Part shown: positions 10,281 to 18,524 of the stretch, piece by piece
Numbering within the stretch: position 1 is the first letter of the stretch
How the letters are laid out: every line of letters begins with the position of its first letter
Origin: Actinomycetota bacterium
GTDB lineage: Bacteria > Actinomycetota > UBA4738
NCBI GenBank assembly: GCA_044870295.1
Contig: JBIOYQ010000142.1
Coordinates: 1 to 57,822 of the forward strand
Length of the DNA stretch: 57,822 bases
Direction: 5' to 3'
Translations under genes and position numbers: made by a program
Notes under the pieces: generated by a model
Database searches by the model: none
Seen by the model: the letters and a program-made list of their open reading frames with translations, nothing else
Told to the model about the DNA's origin: nothing

Positions 10281-11563
10281 CTAGGAGCAGCTCTGCTGGA
10301 TGACCTCTCTGGGGCAGTCCGCGTGGTCCAGCAGGTAGGCGATGACGCCGCGCATGCGGTTGGTCTGCTGTCTGATCACCTCGTCGGGCACGTAGAAGTC
10401 GCAGCACGACGGGTACATCTCGATGGTGAACGCGATGATCCGCTGCGACCCGTACATCCAGTCGAGGTTGGACCCGTCGGTGATGTAGAGATCGCTCGAC
10501 TGCTGCGGCGTGTAGCAGTCACCCTGTTGGCACGTGCGGTTGGCCATGGCCGTCCCCATGGTCGTGAACACCTCGTAGTCGGTCGGGTCCATGTCCGGCG
10601 GGATGTTCGTGAACGTGTAGCCGTAGGGCCACATGACCAGCTGGCCATAGGTGTGAAAGCTGATCGAGGTGGTGATCTGCTGCTCCCCACCGATGACCCG
10701 GCTCTCCACGAAAGCGGCGTAGGCCGCCACCTCAGGCGTCGACTCGGGTGATGGACCCCGGTAGGTCTCGTCTCCCTCGAATCCGCTCGAGCCTCCGCAG
10801 CACCCCCACTTGTAGTCGTAGTTCCGGTTGAGATCGGTGCCGATGTAGTTCGGGTTGGGAGTGGGCTGCCGGTTCTTCCGCCAGTAGTGGTAGAACTCGT
10901 TCAGGATGTCGTACTCACCCCCATCGGGGTTGAGATCGAAGACGATGTAGACCTCCCGGTTGTTCACCAGGTTCGTGATCTTGTTGATATGGCCGTAGTT
11001 GTCGGCCAGCAGATGCAGGATCGACATCGTCATCTCGACGGTCAGGTGCTCGCGGGCGTGATGCATCCCATCGAACAGCGACTCGGGTTCGCTCTCGTCG
11101 ACGGCCACGTTGTCGCTGACCTTCGCCGCCCAGATGTCCCGATTCTCGTACGACTTGCCGATGCTGAAGACGTCACGATGTCGGGGTGGGCGGCCTCGAC
11201 CGCGTTGATGTCGGTGACCATCTCGTCGTAGTTGTGGTAGCGCGCGTCCTCCGGCGGGAAGTTGTCGCCGAGCTGAACCGCCGTCGTCGCGTAGCCGAGG
11301 GCCTGGATCGCGCTGAGGTTGCGCTGGTTGGCCCGGATGATGACGGAGGAGCCGTCCACGAACACGATATCCGCGCCCGTCCGGGCGATGGCGGTCCGCT
11401 GGAACTTGTCGCTGACACCCTCGACACGGTAGGTCGAGACCGTCTGGATCTGCCCGGCCTTGGTGGCCCCGGAGCGGGCGACGGCCGCTCCCGGCACGCT
11501 GAGCAGGGCGACCACCGCGACGGCCACCAGGATCAGGATCGGGCGTCCCTTCACTACGCGCAC
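10281..11563 (-). pseudogene. M14-family zinc carboxypeptidase (carboxypeptidase T-like), disrupted by a 1-nt frameshift near 11172..11177
   Basis: Track ORF 11042..11563 gives an SD, GTG start, signal peptide, pro-region and [22 protein letters not shown]. The homologous continuation [47 protein letters not shown] is in the frame of ORF 10281..11108. The junction reads ATCGTGACGTCTTCAGC. Confidence 0.8.
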
Positions 11564-11644
11564 GTCGAGCTCCCTTCGGGATGTGAGTTCGGAAACGCCC
11601 GGGACCCTATCCCGCCCCGATCAGATTTGTCTACTTGCTTACAT

Positions 11645-12232
11645 TCAGGCGAGACGCTGCGCTTCCCACTGCTCCTGGGTGATCGAGAAGACGTGATGCT
11701 CGAACCCCGCCCGCACGGTGTCCTTCCATACCGTCATCCCCAGGTTGCGGGCCACGCCCGCCGACGGTTCGTTCTCCACACGGACCAGGGCGATCAGTCG
11801 ATCCACGGCGACGACCTCGAACGCGTGCTCGCGACACGCTGTGGCGGCCTCGGTGGCCAGACCACGCCGCTGATGCCTCGGCCTGACGTGGTATCCGACC
11901 TCGACCAGCCTCTCGCCATCCACGGCCTGGACGACCAACCCGCAGTCCCCCACCAGCTCTCCGGTCTCCTTGAGGACCATCCCCCACAGACCGTGGCCGT
12001 GCTCCAGGTACGAGCGTTGCGACCATTCGATCCACCCCTCCACCTCGTCGCGGCTGAACGGATGGGGATAGAAGCGCATCGAGTCGGGATCGCCCAGTAC
12101 CTCGAGCAGGTCATCGACGTCCGCCAGGGTCAGCTCGCGTAGCACGAGCCTCCCGGTCTCGAGCGTGAACGGTTCGGCCAACGGACCGCCGTTACTCGGC
12201 GGTGGCGGCCTCGAGCTCCTTCTCGGCGGCAA
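11645..12232 (-). CDS. GNAT family N-acetyltransferase (RimJ/RimL-like)
   Basis: [13 protein letters not shown]..., [32 protein letters not shown] (acetyl-CoA binding motif). Start is uncertain: 12232 overlaps ispG by 41 nt, and an alternative TTG lies at 12181. Confidence 0.8.
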   Translation of the reverse strand: MPPRRSSRPPPPSNGGPLAEPFTLETGRLVLRELTLADVDDLLEVLGDPDSMRFYPHPFSRDEVEGWIEWSQRSYLEHGHGLWGMVLKETGELVGDCGLVVQAVDGERLVEVGYHVRPRHQRRGLATEAATACREHAFEVVAVDRLIALVRVENEPSAGVARNLGMTVWKDTVRAGFEHHVFSITQEQWEAQRLA

Positions 12233-13298
12233 GCTTGCGCGCCTCTTCGAGGAGGACCTCGACGATCTGCTCCTCGGGGATCCGGTGCTCGCGAACCTCG
12301 CCCCGGACGATGAGCTGGCCGTAGCCCTTGCCGGCGGCGATGCCCAGGTCGGCCTCGCGGGCCTCCCCGGGCCCGTTCACCACGCAGCCCATGACGGCCA
12401 CCCGGATCGGAGCCTTCAACCCCTCCTTCTCCAGAGCTTCGTTGACCCGCTTGGTGAGACCGAGCACGTCCACTTCGGCCCGGCCGCACGACGGGCACGC
12501 CACCAGGTCGAGCCCCCTCCGGCGCAGCCCGAGGGACTGAAGGATGGCGTTGCCGACCTTGACCTCTTCGACCGGATCATCCGTGAGCGAGACCCGGATG
12601 GTGTCCCCGATCCCCTCGGCCAGGAGCGTCCCGATACCCACGGCCGACTTGACCCCGCCCATGGGCATGGGACCGGCCTCGGTCACCCCCAGGTGCAATG
12701 GGTAGTCGCACTTCTCGGCGAGCATGCGATAGGCGTCGATCATGACCCTCGGGCTGGAGTGCTTCACCGAGATCTTGATGTCGAAGAAGTCTTCGTCCTC
12801 CAGGATCCGGGCCTCGTTCAACCCGCTCTCCACGAGTGCCTCCGCCGTGGGGCGCCCGTACTTCTCCAACAGATCTTTCTCCAGCGAGCCGGCGTTGACC
12901 CCGATGCGGATGGGCACGCCGCGGGCCTTGGCCTCCCGCGCGATGAGCCTGACCTTGTCCTGGTACTTGATGTTGCCGGGGTTGATGCGCAGGCCGTGGA
13001 TGCCGCCCTCCAGGGCCGCCATGGCGTACTTCCACTGGAAGTGGATGTCGGCGATCACGGGCACGGTGGCGTGTTGGGCGATCGTCTTGAGGGCTTCCGC
13101 GTCCTCCCAGTGCGGCACCGCCACCCGCACGATGTCCACCCCCGTGGCCACCAGGGCGGCCATCTGCTGGAGCGTGGCGTTGACGTCGGCCGTCTTGGTG
13201 GTGGTCATGGACTGCACACGGATGGGCGCGTCGCCCCCGACCTCGACCCAGCCAACCTTGATCTTGCGGGACTTCCTGCGCTCGGTCATCGACAGCAA
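12192..13298 (-). CDS. ispG: 4-hydroxy-3-methylbut-2-en-1-yl diphosphate synthase (flavodoxin) IspG
   Basis: [32 protein letters not shown] and [10 protein letters not shown] motifs. Confidence 0.96.
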   Translation of the reverse strand: MLSMTERRKSRKIKVGWVEVGGDAPIRVQSMTTTKTADVNATLQQMAALVATGVDIVRVAVPHWEDAEALKTIAQHATVPVIADIHFQWKYAMAALEGGIHGLRINPGNIKYQDKVRLIAREAKARGVPIRIGVNAGSLEKDLLEKYGRPTAEALVESGLNEARILEDEDFFDIKISVKHSSPRVMIDAYRMLAEKCDYPLHLGVTEAGPMPMGGVKSAVGIGTLLAEGIGDTIRVSLTDDPVEEVKVGNAILQSLGLRRRGLDLVACPSCGRAEVDVLGLTKRVNEALEKEGLKAPIRVAVMGCVVNGPGEAREADLGIAAGKGYGQLIVRGEVREHRIPEEQIVEVLLEEARKLAAEKELEAATAE

Positions 13299-13316
13299 AA
13301 CTACCGCAGGACGGTC

Positions 13317-13766
13317 TCAGTCGCCGAACACGTGGAAGACGACCTGACGGTCCTTCGGCTCATCCAGCTCGACCAATAGGAGGCGCTGCCACTGGCCCAG
13401 CATGGGCTCTCCAGCGCTCACCGGAATGGCGTGGGAGCTGGCCCCCAGCAGCATCTGGCTGACGTGCGACCGGCCATTGGCTCGCTCGTGGCCTTCCTGG
13501 AGGTTCTGGGTCCGACGCTCAAGGTCGTCGTGAGCGTAGTAGACGTCGCCGGGGACCAGTGCTTCGAGCCGCTTCCGGAAGTCCTCCAGCGCCCCATCCT
13601 CCCACTCGTTGACGAGCAGCGCGCACGTGGTGTGGGCGCAGAAGGCGACCGCGCAGCCCTCGGTCACTCCAGAGTCCTTGATGGCCCGACGCAACTCGTC
13701 GGTCAGGTCCACGAAGGCGTGGCGTGCCTCGGGAAGGACCTCGAGGGTCACGGTGGCGGACCTCAC
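13317..13766 (-). CDS. YjbQ/UPF0047 family protein (secondary thiamine-phosphate synthase-like)
   Basis: VTLEV...FVDLTDEL...GVTEGCAVAFCAHTTCALLVNEWEDG...HVSQMLLGAS..IPV..G...LGQWQRLLLVELD. Start placed at GTG 13766, overlapping the kinase stop (GTGA). The upstream part of the track ORF is R/G/P-rich and overlaps the kinase gene. Confidence 0.82.
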   Translation of the reverse strand: MRSATVTLEVLPEARHAFVDLTDELRRAIKDSGVTEGCAVAFCAHTTCALLVNEWEDGALEDFRKRLEALVPGDVYYAHDDLERRTQNLQEGHERANGRSHVSQMLLGASSHAIPVSAGEPMLGQWQRLLLVELDEPKDRQVVFHVFGD

Positions 13767-15235
13767 ACGGCCTCCTTCACTCGGTCGACGGCCGGAGCCT
13801 CCCGCTGCGCCGAGGCCGCTCCCTCTCGGTCCTCCGCCGGCGCGCCGTCGGCGATGGGGAGGACGAACTTGAAGGTGCAGCCCTGGCCGTCGACGCTCTC
13901 GGCCCAGATCCTTCCGCCGTGAGCTTCCACGATCGAGCGCGCGATGGCGAGCCCGATCCCGGTGCCGCCGTCGTCGCGCGACCGGGACGCCTCGACCCGG
14001 TAGAACCGCTCGAACACCAGCGGCAGGTGCTCCTGGGGGATGCCGGGCCCATCGTCCTGCACGGAGACCTCGCACCACTCCTCCTCGCGCTTGGCCCCCA
14101 CCCGAATCGAGCCGCCGTCGCCGGTGAACCGGAATGCGTTGTCGAGGAGATTGAACAGGACCTGATGCACGCGCTCGGGGTCGGCGGAGACGGCGGGGAG
14201 GTCGGAGGAGATCTCGTTTCGAACGGTGAGCGTTCGCGCCCGGTCCGGCCGGGCCATCGCGGCTTCGGCCAGCACCTGATCCACCAGCGAGGCGAGGTGG
14301 ACGGGCTGGCGATCGAGATGCAGGTCGCCGGACTCGAGGCGGGACAGATCGAGGAGCTGGTCGACCAGTCGGGTCAGGCGATCGGCCTGCGCCAGCATGC
14401 CGGCGAGGAGCGCTGGGTTGGGCTCCTCCACGCCGTCGAGAAGGTTCTCCATGTGGGCCCGCAGTGCCGAGATGGGTGTCTTCAGCTCGTGCGACACGTT
14501 GGCGACCAGGTCTCGCCTCAGCCGCTCCAACCCCTCCATCTCACCGGCCATGCGGTTGAACGCTTCGGCCAGCTGCCCCACCTCGTCGCGCGAGCGCACC
14601 TCGACGGTCGCGCCATAGTCACCGCGGGCCATCCGGCGAGCCGCCCGCGCCATGTCTCGAAGGGGCTGGGTCATGCCCCGGGCCAGGATCCGGGCCAGGA
14701 ACAGGGCGATGAACGCCGCCACCGCGCCGGCCAGCAGGAACTGCCACCAGAAGCTCCGGAACAGCCGGGCCGTACTCTTCACGGACCCGAGGAGACCTCC
14801 GCCCTCGAATCGGTGCGCCAGGTACACCGCGCCCACCACCTCGTTCTGCCGCACCACCGGCACACCCAGGTACTCCTGGTTCCCGGTGGTCCCGGTGTCG
14901 ATGTCGCCGTGGAGCGCACGCTGGACCGTGGCGGGCACGGCCAGGTCACCGCCCAGCGAGGCACCGGAGGCATTCACGACCACCACGGGTCCAGGGAGCT
15001 GCTGGATCCGCTGGTGCAGCGACCTCGAGGGGACCCCGGTCGGCGTGAACGCCAGCGCCGCGACGCCACGAGCCTCGCCGAGGAGCTCGCGGAACTCTCG
15101 GTTCCGTTCGAACTGCCGGAACGCGAACCCCACGGCGATGTACAGGATCAGGATGGTGACGGCGACCGCGAAGACGATCACCGAGCCCAGCTTGGCCCGG
15201 ATGGTCGGGAGGCGGTCGAGCGGCCGCATCGCCAT
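13763..15235 (-). CDS. sensor histidine kinase (2 TM, HAMP, HisKA, HATPase_c)
   Basis: TM segments LGSVIVFAVAVTILILYIAVGFAF and FWWQFLLAGAVAAFIALFLARILA. H-box VANVSHELKTPISAL, N-box FNLLDNAFRFT, G-boxes DDGPGIP and GTGIGLAIARSIVEAHGG. Confidence 0.92.
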   Translation of the reverse strand: MAMRPLDRLPTIRAKLGSVIVFAVAVTILILYIAVGFAFRQFERNREFRELLGEARGVAALAFTPTGVPSRSLHQRIQQLPGPVVVVNASGASLGGDLAVPATVQRALHGDIDTGTTGNQEYLGVPVVRQNEVVGAVYLAHRFEGGGLLGSVKSTARLFRSFWWQFLLAGAVAAFIALFLARILARGMTQPLRDMARAARRMARGDYGATVEVRSRDEVGQLAEAFNRMAGEMEGLERLRRDLVANVSHELKTPISALRAHMENLLDGVEEPNPALLAGMLAQADRLTRLVDQLLDLSRLESGDLHLDRQPVHLASLVDQVLAEAAMARPDRARTLTVRNEISSDLPAVSADPERVHQVLFNLLDNAFRFTGDGGSIRVGAKREEEWCEVSVQDDGPGIPQEHLPLVFERFYRVEASRSRDDGGTGIGLAIARSIVEAHGGRIWAESVDGQGCTFKFVLPIADGAPAEDREGAASAQREAPAVDRVKEAV

Positions 15236-15933
15236 CAGCGGCCGTCCTCCCGGAAGGCGTAGCCCACGCCGTGAACGGTCCGGATGTACCGGGGCTCGCC
15301 CGCTTCGTCCCCGAGCTTGCGCCGGATGCGGGCGACGTGGGAGTCGACCACCCGGCCGCCGGCGTAGTCCCGGTAACCCCAGACCCGGTCCATGAGCTGG
15401 TCGCGGCTGAACACGACGCCGGGGCTCCGCGCCAGCGTCAGCAGGATCTCGAACTCGAGCGGCGTCAGCGGTACTTCGTCAGGCCCCTTGACCACCTGGC
15501 GGCGGGCCGGGTCGACCACGAGGTCCATCCGAGCCACCGGTTCGGTGGCGCTCAGATCGCGGATCCGGTCCATCCGCCGGAGGATGGCCTTCACCCGCGC
15601 GGTGAGCTCTCGCATGCTGAAGGGCTTCGTTAGATAGTCGTCGGCACCCACGGCGAAGCCGGCCACCTTGTCCGCCTCGTCCGTGCGTGCCGTGAGCATG
15701 AGCACGGGTACCCATTCCTGCTTCTGGATCTCGCGGCACACCTCGAGCCCATCCATCCCGGGCAGCATCAGGTCGAGGACCACGAGGTCGGGGCGCTCGT
15801 CGGCTGCGGCGCGCAGGGCCTGCGGGCCGTCGTGGGCCACCCGAACGGCGAAGCCCTCACTGACCAGGCGAACGCGGACGGCTTCGGCGATGGCCTCTTC
15901 GTCCTCGACCACCAGGATGTCCTGACCGGTCAT
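15235..15933 (-). CDS. OmpR/PhoB-family response regulator
   Basis: MTGQDILVVEDEEAIAEAV, DLVVLDLMLPGMDG, LTAR, and a winged-helix C-terminus (LTPLEFEILL...IRTVHGVGY). Its stop shares one nucleotide with the kinase ATG. Confidence 0.93.
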   Translation of the reverse strand: MTGQDILVVEDEEAIAEAVRVRLVSEGFAVRVAHDGPQALRAAADERPDLVVLDLMLPGMDGLEVCREIQKQEWVPVLMLTARTDEADKVAGFAVGADDYLTKPFSMRELTARVKAILRRMDRIRDLSATEPVARMDLVVDPARRQVVKGPDEVPLTPLEFEILLTLARSPGVVFSRDQLMDRVWGYRDYAGGRVVDSHVARIRRKLGDEAGEPRYIRTVHGVGYAFREDGR

Positions 15934-16096
15934 GCAACGCTCCTCGAGCCCCGGAAGGCGGGATGACCTGCGAGTTCGCTGTGCCAATGGTAGACCGCGC
16001 GGGCTCGTCCCAAACCGAGACCGGTATGAAGAAGGTATGGCGAGGGCAGACCCTTCATCGAGCGTTGCTCAAAGCGTCGCTCGGGTTCGAAGGGCG

Positions 16097-17251
16097 CTAC
16101 CGGAACGGGCTGGGGATCGGCTTCACGATGTCGAGGTAGGACACGGCCACGGCGTAGAGGACGATGAACCCGGCGACGACCATGGTGAGGGGCACGAGCT
16201 TGCGGGGATCGGGGCGGCGGCCTCGCGCTTTCTCGTAGACCAGAACGGCAAGGTGCCCGCCGTCCAGGGGGGGCAAGGGGACCAGGTTGAGGATCCCCAC
16301 GAACACGTTGAACACGAAGAGCAGATAGAACAGGAAGTCCCAGGCGCCGGCCTTCACCGCCTGCCCCGCCAGCTGGCCGGCACCGATGATGCTGGTCGGA
16401 TCGCTCGGCTGGCGTTGGGCCGACCCGAACAACAGCTCACCGAGCCGCCGGACCGCCGCGGGACCGAACACGTGCCCGAGCTGGAGGACCACGAACTTCA
16501 TGGTCTGCCCCGTCTGGATGACCCCTCGGCCCAGCGCGGTCAACGGGTTGGCGCGGTCGCGGGCGGTGCTCTCGGCTCCCAAAATGATGCCGAGGCGGCC
16601 GAACCGTTCGTTCCCGACGGTGGCGAGCACCGGCGTTGCCGTGACGGTCAGCGTGCGATCGCCCCGCCGGACGGTCAGCTCGATGGGCTGGCCGACATGG
16701 GATCTCGTGAAGTCACGGACGTCCTCCCCCGCGAGGTCCGGGTCGTCGCTCGAACGCACCGGGACGCCACCGACCGCCACGATCTGGTCTCCTGGGCGGA
16801 GTCCCGCGACGGCGGCCGGTGAAGGCTGGCCGTTCAACGTCGGCTCGACACCGTCGATGGCCGGGACGAATCGCGACGGGACGCCGATGGCCGTGAAGAA
16901 GATCGCCAGGAACAGGATCGCCATCACGAAGTGGGTGACGGGTCCGGCCGCGATGACCAGCGCGCGCTGCCAGGCCGGCTTCGCCCCGTACGTACGCGGA
17001 TATTCCGCTGGGGTCGGCTCCTGGAACGGGTTCATCCCCGCGATGCGGACGTAGCCGCCGAAGGGGAGCGCCTTCACCCCGTACTCGGTCTCTCCTCGCC
17101 GGATCGACCAGAGGCGTGGACCGAAACCGACGAAGAACTCCTCCACCTTGATGCCGAAGGCTTTGGCCGTGAAGAAGTGGCCGGACTCGTGGACCATGAT
17201 CACGAGGAGGACGGCCACGGCGAACAGGCCGATGCCTACCCACTCAGACAC
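16097..17251 (-). CDS. rseP: RIP metalloprotease RseP/Rip1 (M50 site-2 protease with PDZ domain)
   Basis: HESGHFFTAKAFG (HExxH), a PDZ-like GLRPGDQIVAVGG, NLVPLPPLDGGH, and position next to dxr. Confidence 0.93.
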   Translation of the reverse strand: MSEWVGIGLFAVAVLLVIMVHESGHFFTAKAFGIKVEEFFVGFGPRLWSIRRGETEYGVKALPFGGYVRIAGMNPFQEPTPAEYPRTYGAKPAWQRALVIAAGPVTHFVMAILFLAIFFTAIGVPSRFVPAIDGVEPTLNGQPSPAAVAGLRPGDQIVAVGGVPVRSSDDPDLAGEDVRDFTRSHVGQPIELTVRRGDRTLTVTATPVLATVGNERFGRLGIILGAESTARDRANPLTALGRGVIQTGQTMKFVVLQLGHVFGPAAVRRLGELLFGSAQRQPSDPTSIIGAGQLAGQAVKAGAWDFLFYLLFVFNVFVGILNLVPLPPLDGGHLAVLVYEKARGRRPDPRKLVPLTMVVAGFIVLYAVAVSYLDIVKPIPSPFR

Positions 17252-17291
17252 GTCGCCCGCACCCCCGCCCAGGGATCGTGGAGATCACGAA

Positions 17292-18449
17292 CTACAGGGA
17301 CTCGATGAACTCGGCGGCCCTGGCCCTGGCCCACCGGTCCGCCCTGGCCAGCGCCACCTCCGACACGACCGCGGCCGGGGTGTGTTCGTCGAGGACCCCT
17401 TCGACCGCTTCGGGGATCTGCACCAGCCGGATCTTGCCCTCCAGGAACGCCATGACCGCGACCTCATTGGCAGCGTTCAACGCCGCCGGATACGTGCTCC
17501 CCAGGCGCCCCGCGCGATACGCCAGGCCGACCGCGGGGAACGCTTCCCGGTCGAGCTCCTCGAACGTGAGTGTGCCGAGCTTCGCCAGGTTGAGGCCGGC
17601 GATGCCGGTGCCGAGCCGGTCAGGGAACGCCAGGGCGAGCTGGAGCGGCAGGCGCATGTCGTGCCCGGCGAGCTGGGCGATCATGCTGCCGTCGGCGAAC
17701 TCGGCGATGCCGTGGACGATCGACTCCGGATGCACCACCACGTCGATCAGCTTGTAGTCCAGCCCGAACAGGTAGTGCGCCTCGATCACCTCGAGCCCCT
17801 TGTTCATGAGCGTGGCCGAGTCGATGGTGATCTTCGGGCCCATGTTCCACGTGGGATGGGCCAGCGCCTCCTTCACGGACGCCCTCGACAGCTCCTCGCG
17901 GGTCCAGCCGCGGAAGGGTCCGCCGGACGCCGTGATGATCACGCGCTTGAGGTCGTCACGCCGTTCGCCTCGAAGGCACTGGGCCAGGGCGGAATGTTCG
18001 GAGTCGACCGGGACCAGGCGGTCGGGCTCGCCCTTGACCAGGTCCATGATCAGCTCGCCGCCGATCACCAGGGACTCCTTGTTGGCGAGCGCCAGCATCT
18101 TGCCGGACTGGAGCGCGGCCAGCGAGGGAACGAGGCCGACGGCGCCGACCATGGCGTTCAGGACCATGTCCGCCTCGGACTCCCGGGCCATGGTCTCCAT
18201 GGCCTCCGTCCCGGAGATGATCTCGACGCCGGGGAGCGACCCGACCTTGGCCCTGAGCTGGGCCGCCGCCGCGTCGTCGGCGATGGCCACCAGCGGCGGC
18301 ATGAACTCCCGGACCTGCCCGACCAGCAACTCGTGGCTGGTGCCGGCTCCCAGGCCAAGCACGCGGAACCTGTCCGGACTGCGCCGGACCACATCCAACG
18401 CCTGCGTCCCGATGGAGCCGGTTGAACCCAGGATCGCCAGCGACCGCAT
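17292..18449 (-). CDS. dxr: 1-deoxy-D-xylulose 5-phosphate reductoisomerase
   Basis: MRSLAILGSTGSIGTQALDV, LANKESLV, PVDSEHSA, and NAANEVAV near the C-terminus. Start at ATG 18449. Confidence 0.96.
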   Translation of the reverse strand: MRSLAILGSTGSIGTQALDVVRRSPDRFRVLGLGAGTSHELLVGQVREFMPPLVAIADDAAAAQLRAKVGSLPGVEIISGTEAMETMARESEADMVLNAMVGAVGLVPSLAALQSGKMLALANKESLVIGGELIMDLVKGEPDRLVPVDSEHSALAQCLRGERRDDLKRVIITASGGPFRGWTREELSRASVKEALAHPTWNMGPKITIDSATLMNKGLEVIEAHYLFGLDYKLIDVVVHPESIVHGIAEFADGSMIAQLAGHDMRLPLQLALAFPDRLGTGIAGLNLAKLGTLTFEELDREAFPAVGLAYRAGRLGSTYPAALNAANEVAVMAFLEGKIRLVQIPEAVEGVLDEHTPAAVVSEVALARADRWARARAAEFIESL

Positions 18450-18524
18450 GTCTCTAGAGGTTACCCCCCCACCTCGCGTTTGGTCCGCAACCATGCAGAA
18501 GTTCAGGCTTTCGACGGGGCTTGC

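Noticed and set aside
11160-11185. Possibility that the M14 peptidase frameshift is a programmed -1 ribosomal frameshift.
   Set aside because: The junction ATCGTGACGTCTTC has no X-XXY-YYZ slippery heptamer, and I could not find a stimulatory hairpin or pseudoknot immediately downstream. A simple indel (mutation or assembly error) is more parsimonious.
13767-14078. Long N-terminal extensions in the track ORFs for yjbQ (13317..14078), yraN (31277..32020), DUF2469 (31714..32352), trmD, tsf, rpsB, ffh, yloV and the 23530..25143 ORF.
   Set aside because: The extensions are R/G/P/H-rich and overlap the 3' ends of well-supported upstream genes. The family-typical N-termini coincide with internal ATG or GTG starts that have SDs or stop/start overlaps.
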